The translations under genes were made by a program, and so were the position numbers. Under the pieces are notes generated by a model. It was given only the letters and a program-made list of their open reading frames with translations, was not told where the DNA came from and searched no databases. From the sequence record NC_012638.1: DNA of 64,000 bases; one strand, 5' to 3'. Origin of the DNA: Escherichia phage RB14. This document shows positions 35,920 to 45,224 of this stretch, piece after piece (position 1 is the first letter of the stretch; each line of letters starts with the position of its first letter).

Positions 35920-36092
35920 TCAAAAACGCTACTCGGCTTATGGCAAAGATATTTCCTCGAATCGATAATTCGGTGCGCCGTTTCTGCTGTGATATAAGGG
36001 GGCATTAACAAAACATAAAGATTTATTAATGCCAGTCCTTAAACAGGGAACATCAGTCCGACGACTTGCCGGTAGCGACCCGGCTTCTTGTC

Positions 36093-36168
36093 TGGTCGAG
36101 GCAGTAGGGATCGAACCTACGACCCAGGACTTAGAAGGTCCTTGCTCTTCCTTCTGAGCTATGCCTCG
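36093..36168 (-). tRNA. tRNA-Arg (anticodon UCU)
   Basis: Cloverleaf read by hand: acceptor CGAGGCA/TGCCTCG, anticodon loop CTTCTAA, T-loop TTCGATC, encoded CCA. Confidence 0.85.
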
Positions 36169-36172
36169 TATT

Positions 36173-36247
36173 TGGCGGACGTGATAGGATTCGAACCTAT
36201 AACCAATCGCTTAACAGGCGATCGCTCTGCCATTGAGCTACACATCC
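36173..36247 (-). tRNA. tRNA-Asn-like (anticodon GUU), atypical, possible pseudogene
   Basis: D-arm GCTC/GAGC, anticodon arm ATCGC-CTGTTAA-GCGAT, T-arm ATAGG-TTCGAAT-CCTAT, CCA; 5' acceptor strand looks 2 nt short. Confidence 0.45.
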
Positions 36248-36249
36248 AA

Positions 36250-36336
36250 ATTGGTGGGGAGTGATGGAGTCGAACCACCCGAGTCGCAATGACAATGAAT
36301 TTACAGTCCACACCGCTACCTCTACGGGATAACTCC
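36250..36336 (-). tRNA. tRNA-Tyr-like (anticodon GUA), class II with long variable arm
   Basis: Acceptor GGGGAGT/ACTCCCC, anticodon loop CTGTAAA, 15-nt variable arm, T-loop TTCGACT, CCA; D-arm atypical. Confidence 0.55.
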
Positions 36337-36347
36337 CCTAATTAATT

Positions 36348-36422
36348 TGGTGGCCCTGGGTGGAATTGAACCACCATCTGGCGATTATGAGTCGCTTGCT
36401 TGAACCTTCCAGCTACAGGGCC
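36348..36422 (-). tRNA. tRNA-Ile (anticodon CAU, T4 type)
   Basis: Acceptor GGCCCTG/CAGGGCC, anticodon loop CTCATAA, T-loop TTCAATT, CCA. Confidence 0.85.
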
Positions 36423-36423
36423 T

Positions 36424-36499
36424 TGGTGCTGATTGACGGAATCGAACCGCCGACCTTCTCATTACAAGTGAGTTGCTCTACCTACTGAGCTAAATCAGC
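36424..36499 (-). tRNA. tRNA-Thr (anticodon UGU)
   Basis: Acceptor GCTGATT/AATCAGC, anticodon loop CTTGTAA, T-loop TTCGATT, CCA. Confidence 0.88.
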
Positions 36500-36504
36500 A
36501 AAAC

Positions 36505-36594
36505 TGGCGGAGGCGATAGGATTTGAACCTATGAGTCGCCGGAGCGACTGCCGGTTTTCAAGACCGGTGCATTAAACCACTCTGCCACGCCTCC
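36505..36594 (-). tRNA. tRNA-Ser (anticodon UGA)
   Basis: 90 nt class II; acceptor GGAGGCG/CGCCTCC, anticodon loop CTTGAAA, long variable arm, CCA. Confidence 0.9.
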
Positions 36595-36596
36595 AG

Positions 36597-36668
36597 TCTC
36601 CATACAAGGATTTGAACCTTGGACCTCCTGATCCCAAATCAGGCGCTCTACCAAACTGAGCTACACGG
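36597..36668 (-). tRNA. tRNA-Pro (anticodon UGG), CCA not encoded
   Basis: Anticodon loop TTTGGGA, T-arm CAAGG-TTCAAAT-CCTTG; 3' end 2 nt from tRNA-Ser 5' end. Confidence 0.8.
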
Positions 36669-36678
36669 AGTAAATTAA

Positions 36679-36752
<74 letters not shown>

Positions 36753-36757
36753 GCAAA

Positions 36758-36844
36758 TTTGGTGCGAGAAGTGGGACTCGAACCCACAAGGAAATCATTC
36801 CGCAGCATTTTAAGTGCTGTGCCTTTACCAATTTGACCATTCTC
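36758..36844 (-). tRNA. tRNA-Leu (anticodon UAA)
   Basis: 87 nt class II; acceptor GCGAGAA/TTCTCGC, anticodon loop CTTAAAA, long variable arm, CCA. Confidence 0.88.
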
Positions 36845-36845
36845 G

Positions 36846-36918
36846 CGCTGGGAATAAAGGACTCGAACCTTTGCATCCTGGAATCAAAATCCAGTGCCTT
36901 ACCAACTTGGCTAATTCC
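36846..36918 (-). tRNA. tRNA-Gln (anticodon UUG), CCA not fully encoded
   Basis: Acceptor TGGGAAT/ATTCCCA, anticodon loop TTTTGAT, T-loop TTCGAGT; abuts tRNA-Leu. Confidence 0.85.
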
Positions 36919-37017
36919 CAATTATTAACAAAGGCTCTCTAACAAGAACCCTTGATGATAGAGGGTATTAATCAGTGCGGTATGAGTTAATAATAACAAA
37001 TAATTCTTAAAGCATAT

Positions 37018-37305
37018 TTACCATTTATGATAATACGTATTTACGATACATTCAAGACCCAAAGGATTCTTGAAAATATCATATTCAAGAGGACCTTTTT
37101 CTGTTTCAATAAAGAAATCAAAATTTACTATATTAAATTTACGGTCTTCCTTCACTAATTTAACCTGAGAAGATGAACGGTCAATGTAAACCTTTTCAAC
37201 TTCAAAACATGTTAAAATGCCATAATCATCAATCAAGGCTTTAGCTGCTTCTTGATCATATTTATATCCATTTTCAATGGATGATACTTTAGCATAAAGA
37301 ATCAT
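37018..37305 (-). CDS. hypothetical protein
   Basis: ORF track 95 aa. Confidence 0.45.
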   Translation of the reverse strand: MILYAKVSSIENGYKYDQEAAKALIDDYGILTCFEVEKVYIDRSSSQVKLVKEDRKFNIVNFDFFIETEKGPLEYDIFKNPLGLECIVNTYYHKW

Positions 37306-37307
37306 TA

Positions 37308-37718
37308 TCAGCCTCTATCAACGATAGTATGAGTATGGGCATTTACGATTTGCCACCAATCAAAGCGATTGGAACCATAATCCGGTTTATTTTCATTTTC
37401 TTTAATGATATCACGTAGTTTATCTTCTGTTTCAGCATACGCAATTAAATCATCATATCCACCACAAGGATAATAATTATCACCTGCAAATAAAAGAAAA
37501 TTTACCTTAGATGGATTTACGTAATAATGATCTTTAGGATATTTAGTTCCTCTCCAATCAGTTACTTCAACATAACGGTAAGAAAATCCATTTTTACTTT
37601 CAATCCAACTCCACGCTTCAAAAGGAGTATTAAAAACTTTATCAGGTATTAAATTACCTTCAAAATGAGAAGGATTTGCATAATCCCCAGCATAAACATA
37701 ATATTCGTTAATACTCAT
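37308..37718 (-). CDS. hypothetical protein
   Basis: ORF track 136 aa. Confidence 0.5.
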   Translation of the reverse strand: MSINEYYVYAGDYANPSHFEGNLIPDKVFNTPFEAWSWIESKNGFSYRYVEVTDWRGTKYPKDHYYVNPSKVNFLLFAGDNYYPCGGYDDLIAYAETEDKLRDIIKENENKPDYGSNRFDWWQIVNAHTHTIVDRG

Positions 37719-37904
37719 TTATTCACCTTTAGAAATTTTATCCATAACAATAGCGATTAAACCAATTAAAAATGCTACTACAAGTGAAAACACATTTTCT
37801 GCTGTAGTCAATAATCCGCATATAAATCCAACAAACATTGAAAAACTAAAAGCAGAAGCAGAAATTGCAATAGCAACATTTCGAATTAATTCACAGCGTT
37901 TCAT
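37719..37904 (-). CDS. small membrane protein
   Basis: 61 aa from ATG at 37904 (MKRCELIRN...); track N-terminal 20 aa translate promoter/leader. Confidence 0.45.
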   Translation of the reverse strand: MKRCELIRNVAIAISASAFSFSMFVGFICGLLTTAENVFSLVVAFLIGLIAIVMDKISKGE

Positions 37905-37933
37905 TTTATTCTCCTCGGTAGTTGATAGGGTAA

Positions 37934-37962
37934 TAGTATCACTACTAAAACCCCATGTAAAC
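37934..37962 (-). promoter_or_regulatory. Early promoter
   Basis: Minus strand GTTTACA-N17-TACTAT upstream of ORF 37719..37904. Confidence 0.55.
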
Positions 37963-37980
37963 AACTTTGTGAATTATTTA

Positions 37981-38268
37981 TTACAAAAGATTTTTAGCAA
38001 TAATCTTGAGATGTGCCGCAGAAATGTGTTTAGCTTTAAACAACGCAGTTTCTTCAGCAGGAGAGATAACGATTGTAGCACCATCCTTTTTAGCAGACCA
38101 CCCATCACCTAGGTAAACAGTACCTTTGATTTCTTCACCATCAACCAGACTAATCATCGGTTTACCTTCTCGTCCTTTATTTGCTTTAATAACTTCAGAA
38201 GTAAGAGTAGCTTCAGTAATAGTAGAAACCGGGGTAGTCGTAGAAGTAAATTCTTTGAAAGTTTTCAT
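37981..38268 (-). CDS. Internal protein with capsid-targeting sequence (ipI locus, copy A)
   Basis: 95 aa; MKTFKEFTSTTT N-terminus; own early promoter. Confidence 0.6.
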   Translation of the reverse strand: MKTFKEFTSTTTPVSTITEATLTSEVIKANKGREGKPMISLVDGEEIKGTVYLGDGWSAKKDGATIVISPAEETALFKAKHISAAHLKIIAKNLL

Positions 38269-38298
38269 TTTATTTTCCTAATTAATTTTGATGAGATA

Positions 38299-38328
38299 AT
38301 AGTATCATAACTAAAACCCCATGTAAAC
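38299..38328 (-). promoter_or_regulatory. Early promoter of IP copy A
   Basis: Minus strand GTTTACA-N17-TACTAT. Confidence 0.6.
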
Positions 38329-38340
38329 AACTTTGTGAAA

Positions 38341-38598
38341 TTATTTTAAATCTTCTAATCGTTTCTTCATCTTAGAACCGTTCTTAGCGATTTCGCCTGC
38401 GTCAGAGCATAATGCTAAAAGCGCTTTAACTTTAGTTTGGTCTCCTTTAAAAGATGAAGGATCGACTGCAGCAGCAAGTTCTTTAATACGAGAGAAAAGA
38501 CGCTCAGCTTCAGCTAAAGCCATTCCAAGCTTTACTTCCATACCGTGGGAAGATTCAGTGATAGTAGTTTTTGTAGCAAACTCTTTGAAAGTTTTCAT
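38341..38598 (-). CDS. Internal protein with capsid-targeting sequence (ipI locus, copy B)
   Basis: 85 aa; MKTFKEFATKTT N-terminus; near-identical promoter/leader to copy A. Confidence 0.6.
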   Translation of the reverse strand: MKTFKEFATKTTITESSHGMEVKLGMALAEAERLFSRIKELAAAVDPSSFKGDQTKVKALLALCSDAGEIAKNGSKMKKRLEDLK

Positions 38599-38618
38599 TT
38601 TATTTTCCTAATTAATTT

Positions 38619-38648
38619 TGATGAGGTAATAGTATCACTACCTCATCA
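38619..38648 (-). promoter_or_regulatory. Early promoter of IP copy B
   Basis: Minus strand GTTTACA-N17-TACTAT; -10 sits in loop of inverted repeat GATGAGGTA/TACCTCATC. Confidence 0.55.
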
Positions 38649-38670
38649 GCATGTAAACAACTTTGTGAAA

Positions 38671-39355
<685 letters not shown>

Positions 39356-39356
<1 letters not shown>

Positions 39357-40081
39357 TATAGTACCTTTAGTGTATTTTTAATTTTAGAAAAAAGTTCTTC
39401 AAGAGAACCATCGTTTGTAATTACTAAATCGCCATCACGAATTGGCAATCCAGCTTCTGTAATATGTGTATCATTGGATTTTTGACCAGGACGAACTACA
39501 TGAATTACTGTAGCACCCATCGCCCTAGCCGCATCCATTTCATGATCTTGACGGGTATCAGGAACGATATAATAATCATAACCTGAGTTAAATTTATCAA
39601 GATAATCTAAAGCAAATAATTTTACCCAGTACATGCGGTCGAAGTTATTAACAATCAAATCCGTACCTAGGGCTTGCATCAGACGACGGACTGACCATTG
39701 ATCTTCAATATTATTTATAACGTCAATAATCTTGTTAAATGCTACAGAATTAACTGATTCTTGTCCTTCGTCATCAAAAACAAACACACCCTTAATTGGG
39801 CTTTTACCATTAAGATAGCAAAATGCTTGTTCCATAATCGTGATTACTTCTAATTTAGTCAGATTTAAATTAGTCTCACGATCATAGTCAATTCCTTCAA
39901 ACTCTTTACGAGTTAAGCAAGGATAGTCAGTGTTTGCTGCAAATACTCCCCATGCATAAGCTAATGCATCTTTAATAGGACCAGCAAGTTGATATTTAAC
40001 TGCAGAATAATTATTCATGATAAAATCTGCAGTAGTATCTTTTCCACTACGCTTTACACCGCTTAAAAAGATTAGTTTCAT
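39356..40081 (-). CDS. 1: Deoxynucleoside monophosphate kinase gp1
   Basis: 241 aa from ATG at 40081; P-loop GVKRSGKDT. Confidence 0.9.
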
Positions 40082-40130
40082 GTGTTTCTCCTCAAATTTA
40101 ATTAAGATTATAACACACAAAACTGAAGCA

Positions 40131-40661
40131 TTAAACTTCTGCTATAATTTTACCATCTTTTTCTACTTGAAAATAGGTGTAAGGAATCGTTGCAGTACAT
40201 ACTAAAGCCGGGTCTGAATCTTCTGTGTAGCTAAATTCTACTTCAGATAGGTCAGAAACCCAAGGCTTATAAAAATTTATTGACATCACGATTTCAGTTT
40301 TACTATTATCTAAAATGTAAAGCGTAATGTATTCAGGGCCTGTTTTTTGGGCAGTATTTTCACCTGTAAGATAGTTACTAGTTCCTAACATCCATTCATA
40401 CATTCCTATCCACGACTTAAGTTCTTCATCAACTATAAATCTCACAATGAGTGGATCATACTCAAATGTAACACCTGGACGTTGTGCTCGACCCAGGCCA
40501 AATGGCCCAGTCACGGTATCAGTAACAGGTATTCTAATTCCTGGAATAGGAACTGACTGAGCATTTAAAGTAAAAGCAGATGTAGTATTACTATGTGGTA
40601 TTGATACTACAAAGTTAGTTGTATTTGCTTGGTTAAAAATTTGTTGCAGAGCTTGCGACAT
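40131..40661 (-). CDS. 3: Tail completion/sheath stabilizer gp3
   Basis: 176 aa from ATG at 40661 (MSQALQQIFNQANTT...); T4 length and synteny. Confidence 0.85.
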   Translation of the reverse strand: MSQALQQIFNQANTTNFVVSIPHSNTTSAFTLNAQSVPIPGIRIPVTDTVTGPFGLGRAQRPGVTFEYDPLIVRFIVDEELKSWIGMYEWMLGTSNYLTGENTAQKTGPEYITLYILDNSKTEIVMSINFYKPWVSDLSEVEFSYTEDSDPALVCTATIPYTYFQVEKDGKIIAEV

Positions 40662-40767
40662 ATATTCCTCATAATGCTTTATAACTGTTGGTGGTATAAT
40701 GGGTCTAAGTCCCTTCCATTCAATTCCATTTAGAACAAACAACAGAAAAGAATGGAAGATAATAGAA

Positions 40768-41592
40768 TTAGATATTTGACCAGACTTTGTTTGCAGAGAA
40801 ACGTTTTCCTTTTGAAACGAACTGCTGAAGTGGCATCAACACAACGTTCGCCCAGTCTTTCGGGGCGATTTCAACAAGGCTACCCATAATATTACCAGGT
40901 ATATATGCCTTAATCATTTGGTCTGCACCCCTAAATCCTTTCACTTGACTCCAATCAATTTTTAATTTCGTTTTATTAGTAATAGTAGGTGTATTTGCAT
41001 ATTGCTTTAAAAGCTCTTCTAGAAATTGCTGACGAGCTTTAGGTGGAATATAGTGCAAGTTCAATCCGTACATTAAATTATGCTTGCCTAAACCAAGGTA
41101 AATTATCAAAGGAAATTTATCCCAGTAAGGAAGAGTTTCCTTGTGTTTAGCATCATAAGCAAAAGCATATATTCGTCCCGGCTGCGGGCGAACAACTTTA
41201 TGTCCTTTTACTTGCTTAATAGTTTCAGCAAACCATTTTCTGGTTTTATTATTAATTGCTGCGCCTTCATTACGAATTTTATCGCGCAATGTTTGTCTGA
41301 ATGAATTTATCATAAGCAGTTGTCTTTCTTGCTTATTGAGTTTATTCATTGGTTTTGATTCAAGTTTTTGAATCTTTTCAGCTGTTTTAATTCCTGAAGC
41401 ATATTTTGACATTGCCGAAGTAAACGTAGAGTATTTGATTCCTCTTTCTTCAGCAAATTGCTTTCCTGTCATTCCTTTTGCTTTGGCCTTTTTGTATTCA
41501 AGACCTATTTGAATCCATTTCTTTTCGTTTAATGATTGCTTAACCTTTGGAACTTGGGGAGTGCTTTCATTAATTATTTGAAAAATAGCCAT
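40768..41592 (-). CDS. 2: DNA end-protector protein gp2
   Basis: 274 aa as in T4; synteny. Confidence 0.85.
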
Positions 41593-42044
41593 TATGCCCC
41601 CTTAAAGCCAAGAGCTCGTAATCCATCTTCTGTTAGAATTCTAAATTTTATTCCACGCTTTTCAGCTAAAGACTGTGCTGCTTTCCATTTGTCAGTATTA
41701 ACAGAATATGTATAAATTTCATTCATAAATCTTTTCTTCGCTGCAGTTGTTAGATGTGCTGGTTTAACTGGTGGTTGTGTTTCTTTTTTAGGTTTTATTT
41801 CAATAAAAAATTCTTGTCCAGAAGAATCTTTCATCCAAATATCCATGAAGTATCTACGTTTTTTCCCTTCTGCATTACAAAAATAAGGAATTACTGCTGT
41901 TTCACTACCCCATGCAATAATTTCTGGATTTTTATCTAACCATTCAAAAAAGAATTTTTCCCAATTTGATCTATACGTAATTTTTTTAGGGTCACCTCTA
42001 TACTTTGATATATTTTTAGGAACCCATTTTCCAGAATATGCCAT
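41592..42044 (-). CDS. 4: Head completion protein gp4
   Basis: 150 aa as in T4; divergent from gene 53 across late promoters. Confidence 0.85.
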
Positions 42045-42055
42045 TGGATTCTCCT

Positions 42056-42063
42056 TATAAATA
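42056..42063 (+). promoter_or_regulatory. Late promoter TATAAATA for gene 53
   Basis: Exact motif about 29 nt upstream of gp53 ATG. Confidence 0.6.
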
Positions 42064-42070
42064 GATAATA

Positions 42071-42078
42071 TATTTATA
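42071..42078 (-). promoter_or_regulatory. Late promoter TATAAATA for gene 4
   Basis: Exact motif on minus strand about 27 nt upstream of gp4 ATG. Confidence 0.55.
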
Positions 42079-42091
42079 AACAGGAGGGCCC

Positions 42092-42682
42092 ATGCTCTTT
42101 ACATTTTTTGATCCGATTGAATATGCGGCCAAAACGGTGAATAAAAACGCGCCGACTATTCCTATGACAGATATTTTTAGAAACTATAAAGACTATTTCA
42201 AACGTGCTCTTGCGGGATACCGCTTACGTACTTATTATATTAAAGGTTCACCACGCCCGGAAGAATTAGCAAATGCTATATATGGAAATCCGCAGTTGTA
42301 TTGGGTTTTATTGATGTGTAATGATAATTACGATCCGTATTATGGATGGATTACTTCGCAGGAAGCTGCTTATCAAGCATCTATACAAAAATACAAAAAT
42401 GTAGGTGGAGACCAAATAGTATATCATGTAAATGAGAACGGTGAAAAATTTTATAATTTAATATCATACGATGATAATCCATATGTTTGGTATGATAAAG
42501 GCGATAAAGCTAGAAAATATCCTCAATATGAAGGAGCACTTGCTGCGGTCGATACGTATGAAGCTGCTGTTCTTGAAAATGAAAAACTTCGTCAAATAAA
42601 AATAATAGCAAAATCAGACATCAATTCATTTATGAACGACCTTATACGTATAATGGAGAAATCTTATGGAAATGATAAGTAA
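42092..42682 (+). CDS. 53: Baseplate wedge protein gp53
   Basis: 196 aa as in T4; late promoter upstream. Confidence 0.9.
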   Translation: MLFTFFDPIEYAAKTVNKNAPTIPMTDIFRNYKDYFKRALAGYRLRTYYIKGSPRPEELANAIYGNPQLYWVLLMCNDNYDPYYGWITSQEAAYQASIQKYKNVGGDQIVYHVNENGEKFYNLISYDDNPYVWYDKGDKARKYPQYEGALAAVDTYEAAVLENEKLRQIKIIAKSDINSFMNDLIRIMEKSYGNDK

Positions 42683-44393
42683 TAACCTCAACTGGTTTGT
42701 TGGTGTTGTTGAAGATAGAATGGACCCATTAAAATTAGGTCGTGTTCGTGTTCGTGTGGTTGGTTTGCATCCACCACAAAGAGCACAGGGCGACGTAATG
42801 GGTATTCCAACCGATAAATTACCATGGATGTCAGTTATTCAACCTATAACTTCGGCAGCAATGTCAGGAATTGGAGGTTCTGTTACAGGGCCAGTAGAAG
42901 GAACTAGAGTTTATGGTCATTTTTTGGACAAATGGAAAACTAACGGAATTGTCCTTGGCACTTATGGCGGAATAGTTCGCGAAAAACCTAATAGACTTGA
43001 AGGATTTTCTGACCCAACTGGACAGTATCCTAGACGTCTAGGAAATGATACTAACGTATTAAACCAAGGCGGAGAAGTAGGATATGATTCGTCTTCTAAT
43101 ATTATCCAAGATAGCAATCTAGACACTGCGATAAATCCCGATGATAGACCGCTATCAGAGATTCCAACTGATGATAATCCAAATATGTCAATGGCTGAAA
43201 TGCTTCGCCGTGATGAAGGATTAAGACTAAAAGTTTATTGGGATACCGAAGGATATCCGACAATTGGTATTGGTCATCTTATCATGAAGCAGCCAGTTCG
43301 TGATATGACCCAAATTAATAAAGTTTTATCAAAACAAGTTGGTCGTGAAATTACCGGAAATCCAGGTTCTATTACAATGGAAGAAGCGGTAACTTTATTT
43401 GAACGCGATTTGGCTGATATGCAACGTGACATTAAATCACATTCTAAAGTAGGACCAGTCTGGCAAGCTGTCAACCGTTCTCGTCAAATGGCATTAGAAA
43501 ATATGGCATTTCAGATGGGTGTTGGCGGTGTAGCTAAATTTAACACAATGTTAACTGCTATGTTAGCAGGAGATTGGGAAAAAGCATATAAAGCTGGTCG
43601 TGATTCGTTGTGGTATCAACAAACAAAAGGCCGTGCATCCCGTGTTACCATGATTATTCTTACCGGAAATTTGGAATCATATGGTATTGAAGTTAAAACA
43701 CCAGCTAGGTCTTTGTCAGCAATGGCTGCTATCGTAGCAAAGTCTTCTGACCCTGCTGACCCTCCTATTCCAAATGACTCGAGAATTTTATTCAAAGAAC
43801 CAGTTTCTTCATATAAAGGTGAATATCCTTATGTGCATACAATGGAAACTGAAAGTGGACATATCCAAGAATTTGATGATACCCCTGGGCAAGAACGATA
43901 CAGATTAGTTCATCCAACTGGAACTTATGAAGAAGTATCACCGTCAGGAAGAAGAACAAGAAAAACTGTTGATAATTTGTATGATATAACAAATGCTGAT
44001 GGTAATTTTTTGGTAGCTGGCGATAAAAAGACTAATGTCGGTGGTTCAGAAATTTATTACAACATGGATAATCGTCTTCACCAGATAGATGGAAGTAATA
44101 CAATATTTGTACGTGGCGATGAAACTAAGACAGTTGAAGGTAATGGAACTATCCTAGTCAAAGGTAATGTTACTATTGTAGTTGAAGGCAATGCTGACAT
44201 TACAGTTAAAGGAGATGCTACCACTTTAGTTGAAGGTAATCAGACTAATACAGTAAATGGAAATCTTTCTTGGAAAGTTGCTGGAACAGTTGATTGGGAC
44301 GTTGGTGGTGATTGGACAGAAAAAATGGCATCTATGAGTTCTATTTCATCTGGTCAATACACAATTGATGGATCGAGGATTGACATTGGCTAA
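42666..44393 (+). CDS. 5: Baseplate hub + tail lysozyme gp5
   Basis: 575 aa; N-terminus MEMISNNLNWFVGVVED; internal lysozyme domain resembles gene e; C-terminal beta-helix VEGN repeats. Confidence 0.95.
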   Translation: MEMISNNLNWFVGVVEDRMDPLKLGRVRVRVVGLHPPQRAQGDVMGIPTDKLPWMSVIQPITSAAMSGIGGSVTGPVEGTRVYGHFLDKWKTNGIVLGTYGGIVREKPNRLEGFSDPTGQYPRRLGNDTNVLNQGGEVGYDSSSNIIQDSNLDTAINPDDRPLSEIPTDDNPNMSMAEMLRRDEGLRLKVYWDTEGYPTIGIGHLIMKQPVRDMTQINKVLSKQVGREITGNPGSITMEEAVTLFERDLADMQRDIKSHSKVGPVWQAVNRSRQMALENMAFQMGVGGVAKFNTMLTAMLAGDWEKAYKAGRDSLWYQQTKGRASRVTMIILTGNLESYGIEVKTPARSLSAMAAIVAKSSDPADPPIPNDSRILFKEPVSSYKGEYPYVHTMETESGHIQEFDDTPGQERYRLVHPTGTYEEVSPSGRRTRKTVDNLYDITNADGNFLVAGDKKTNVGGSEIYYNMDNRLHQIDGSNTIFVRGDETKTVEGNGTILVKGNVTIVVEGNADITVKGDATTLVEGNQTNTVNGNLSWKVAGTVDWDVGGDWTEKMASMSSISSGQYTIDGSRIDIG

Positions 44394-44403
44394 TATACTT
44401 CCA

Positions 44404-44922
44404 ATGAGCGCTGATTTAGGAGAATCCATGGAAGGTTCTTCTATCGACGTCACCTTTACCGCTCAATTAGAAACGGGTGAAACGTTAGTATCTATAAATA
44501 TAACTAGTTACGAAGAAACTCCTGGGGTTTTAGTAGAAGAAAATCGTTTATATGGAACGTATGAATCTGTATTTGGATTTGGAAATGACGCATTGAAATA
44601 TCGTTTAGATGATGAATTTAAAACTGCTGCTTCATGGGAAGAACTTCCTACTGATTCTGATACTCAGTTGTATTTGTGGAAAGCTCCTCAAAACCTCCAG
44701 AAGACATTCACTTATGAAGTAACATTAATATATGACTACCAAGAACAAAGTGAATCTGGAGGTTCTGGCAGTAATTCTAGGTCATCTTCTGATACTACTG
44801 AACCGACAGATCCTCCTGCTCCAGTAAGAAAAACTCTAGTTAAAAATTACACAAAAACTATAGTTGGAAATTGGAGTCGTTGGGCTAATAAATTAAGAAG
44901 CTATGTATATGAGAGGTCATAA
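44404..44922 (+). CDS. 5.1: gp5.1-position protein
   Basis: 172 aa from ATG at 44404; track start 44365 overlaps gp5 end. Confidence 0.6.
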
Positions 44923-45216
44923 ATGTCAGGATTGAGTTATGATAAGTGTGTTACTGCTGGCCATGAAGCGTGGCCTCCAACAGTTGTGAATGCTACACAA
45001 AGTAAAGTATTCACTGGAGGAATTGCTGTTCTAGTAGCAGGCGATCCAATTACAGAACATACAGAAATTAAAAAGCCATATGAAACACATGGCGGAGTGA
45101 CACAACCTAGAACTTCTAAGGTATATGTCACTGGAAAGAAAGCTGTTCAAATGGCTGATCCAATATCATGCGGTGATACTGTGGCTCAGGCATCATCTAA
45201 AGTATTCATTAAATAG
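44923..45216 (+). CDS. 5.4: PAAR-repeat spike-tip protein gp5.4
   Basis: 97 aa as in T4; PAAR-like Gly-rich motifs. Confidence 0.85.
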
Positions 45217-45224
45217 GATTTAAA

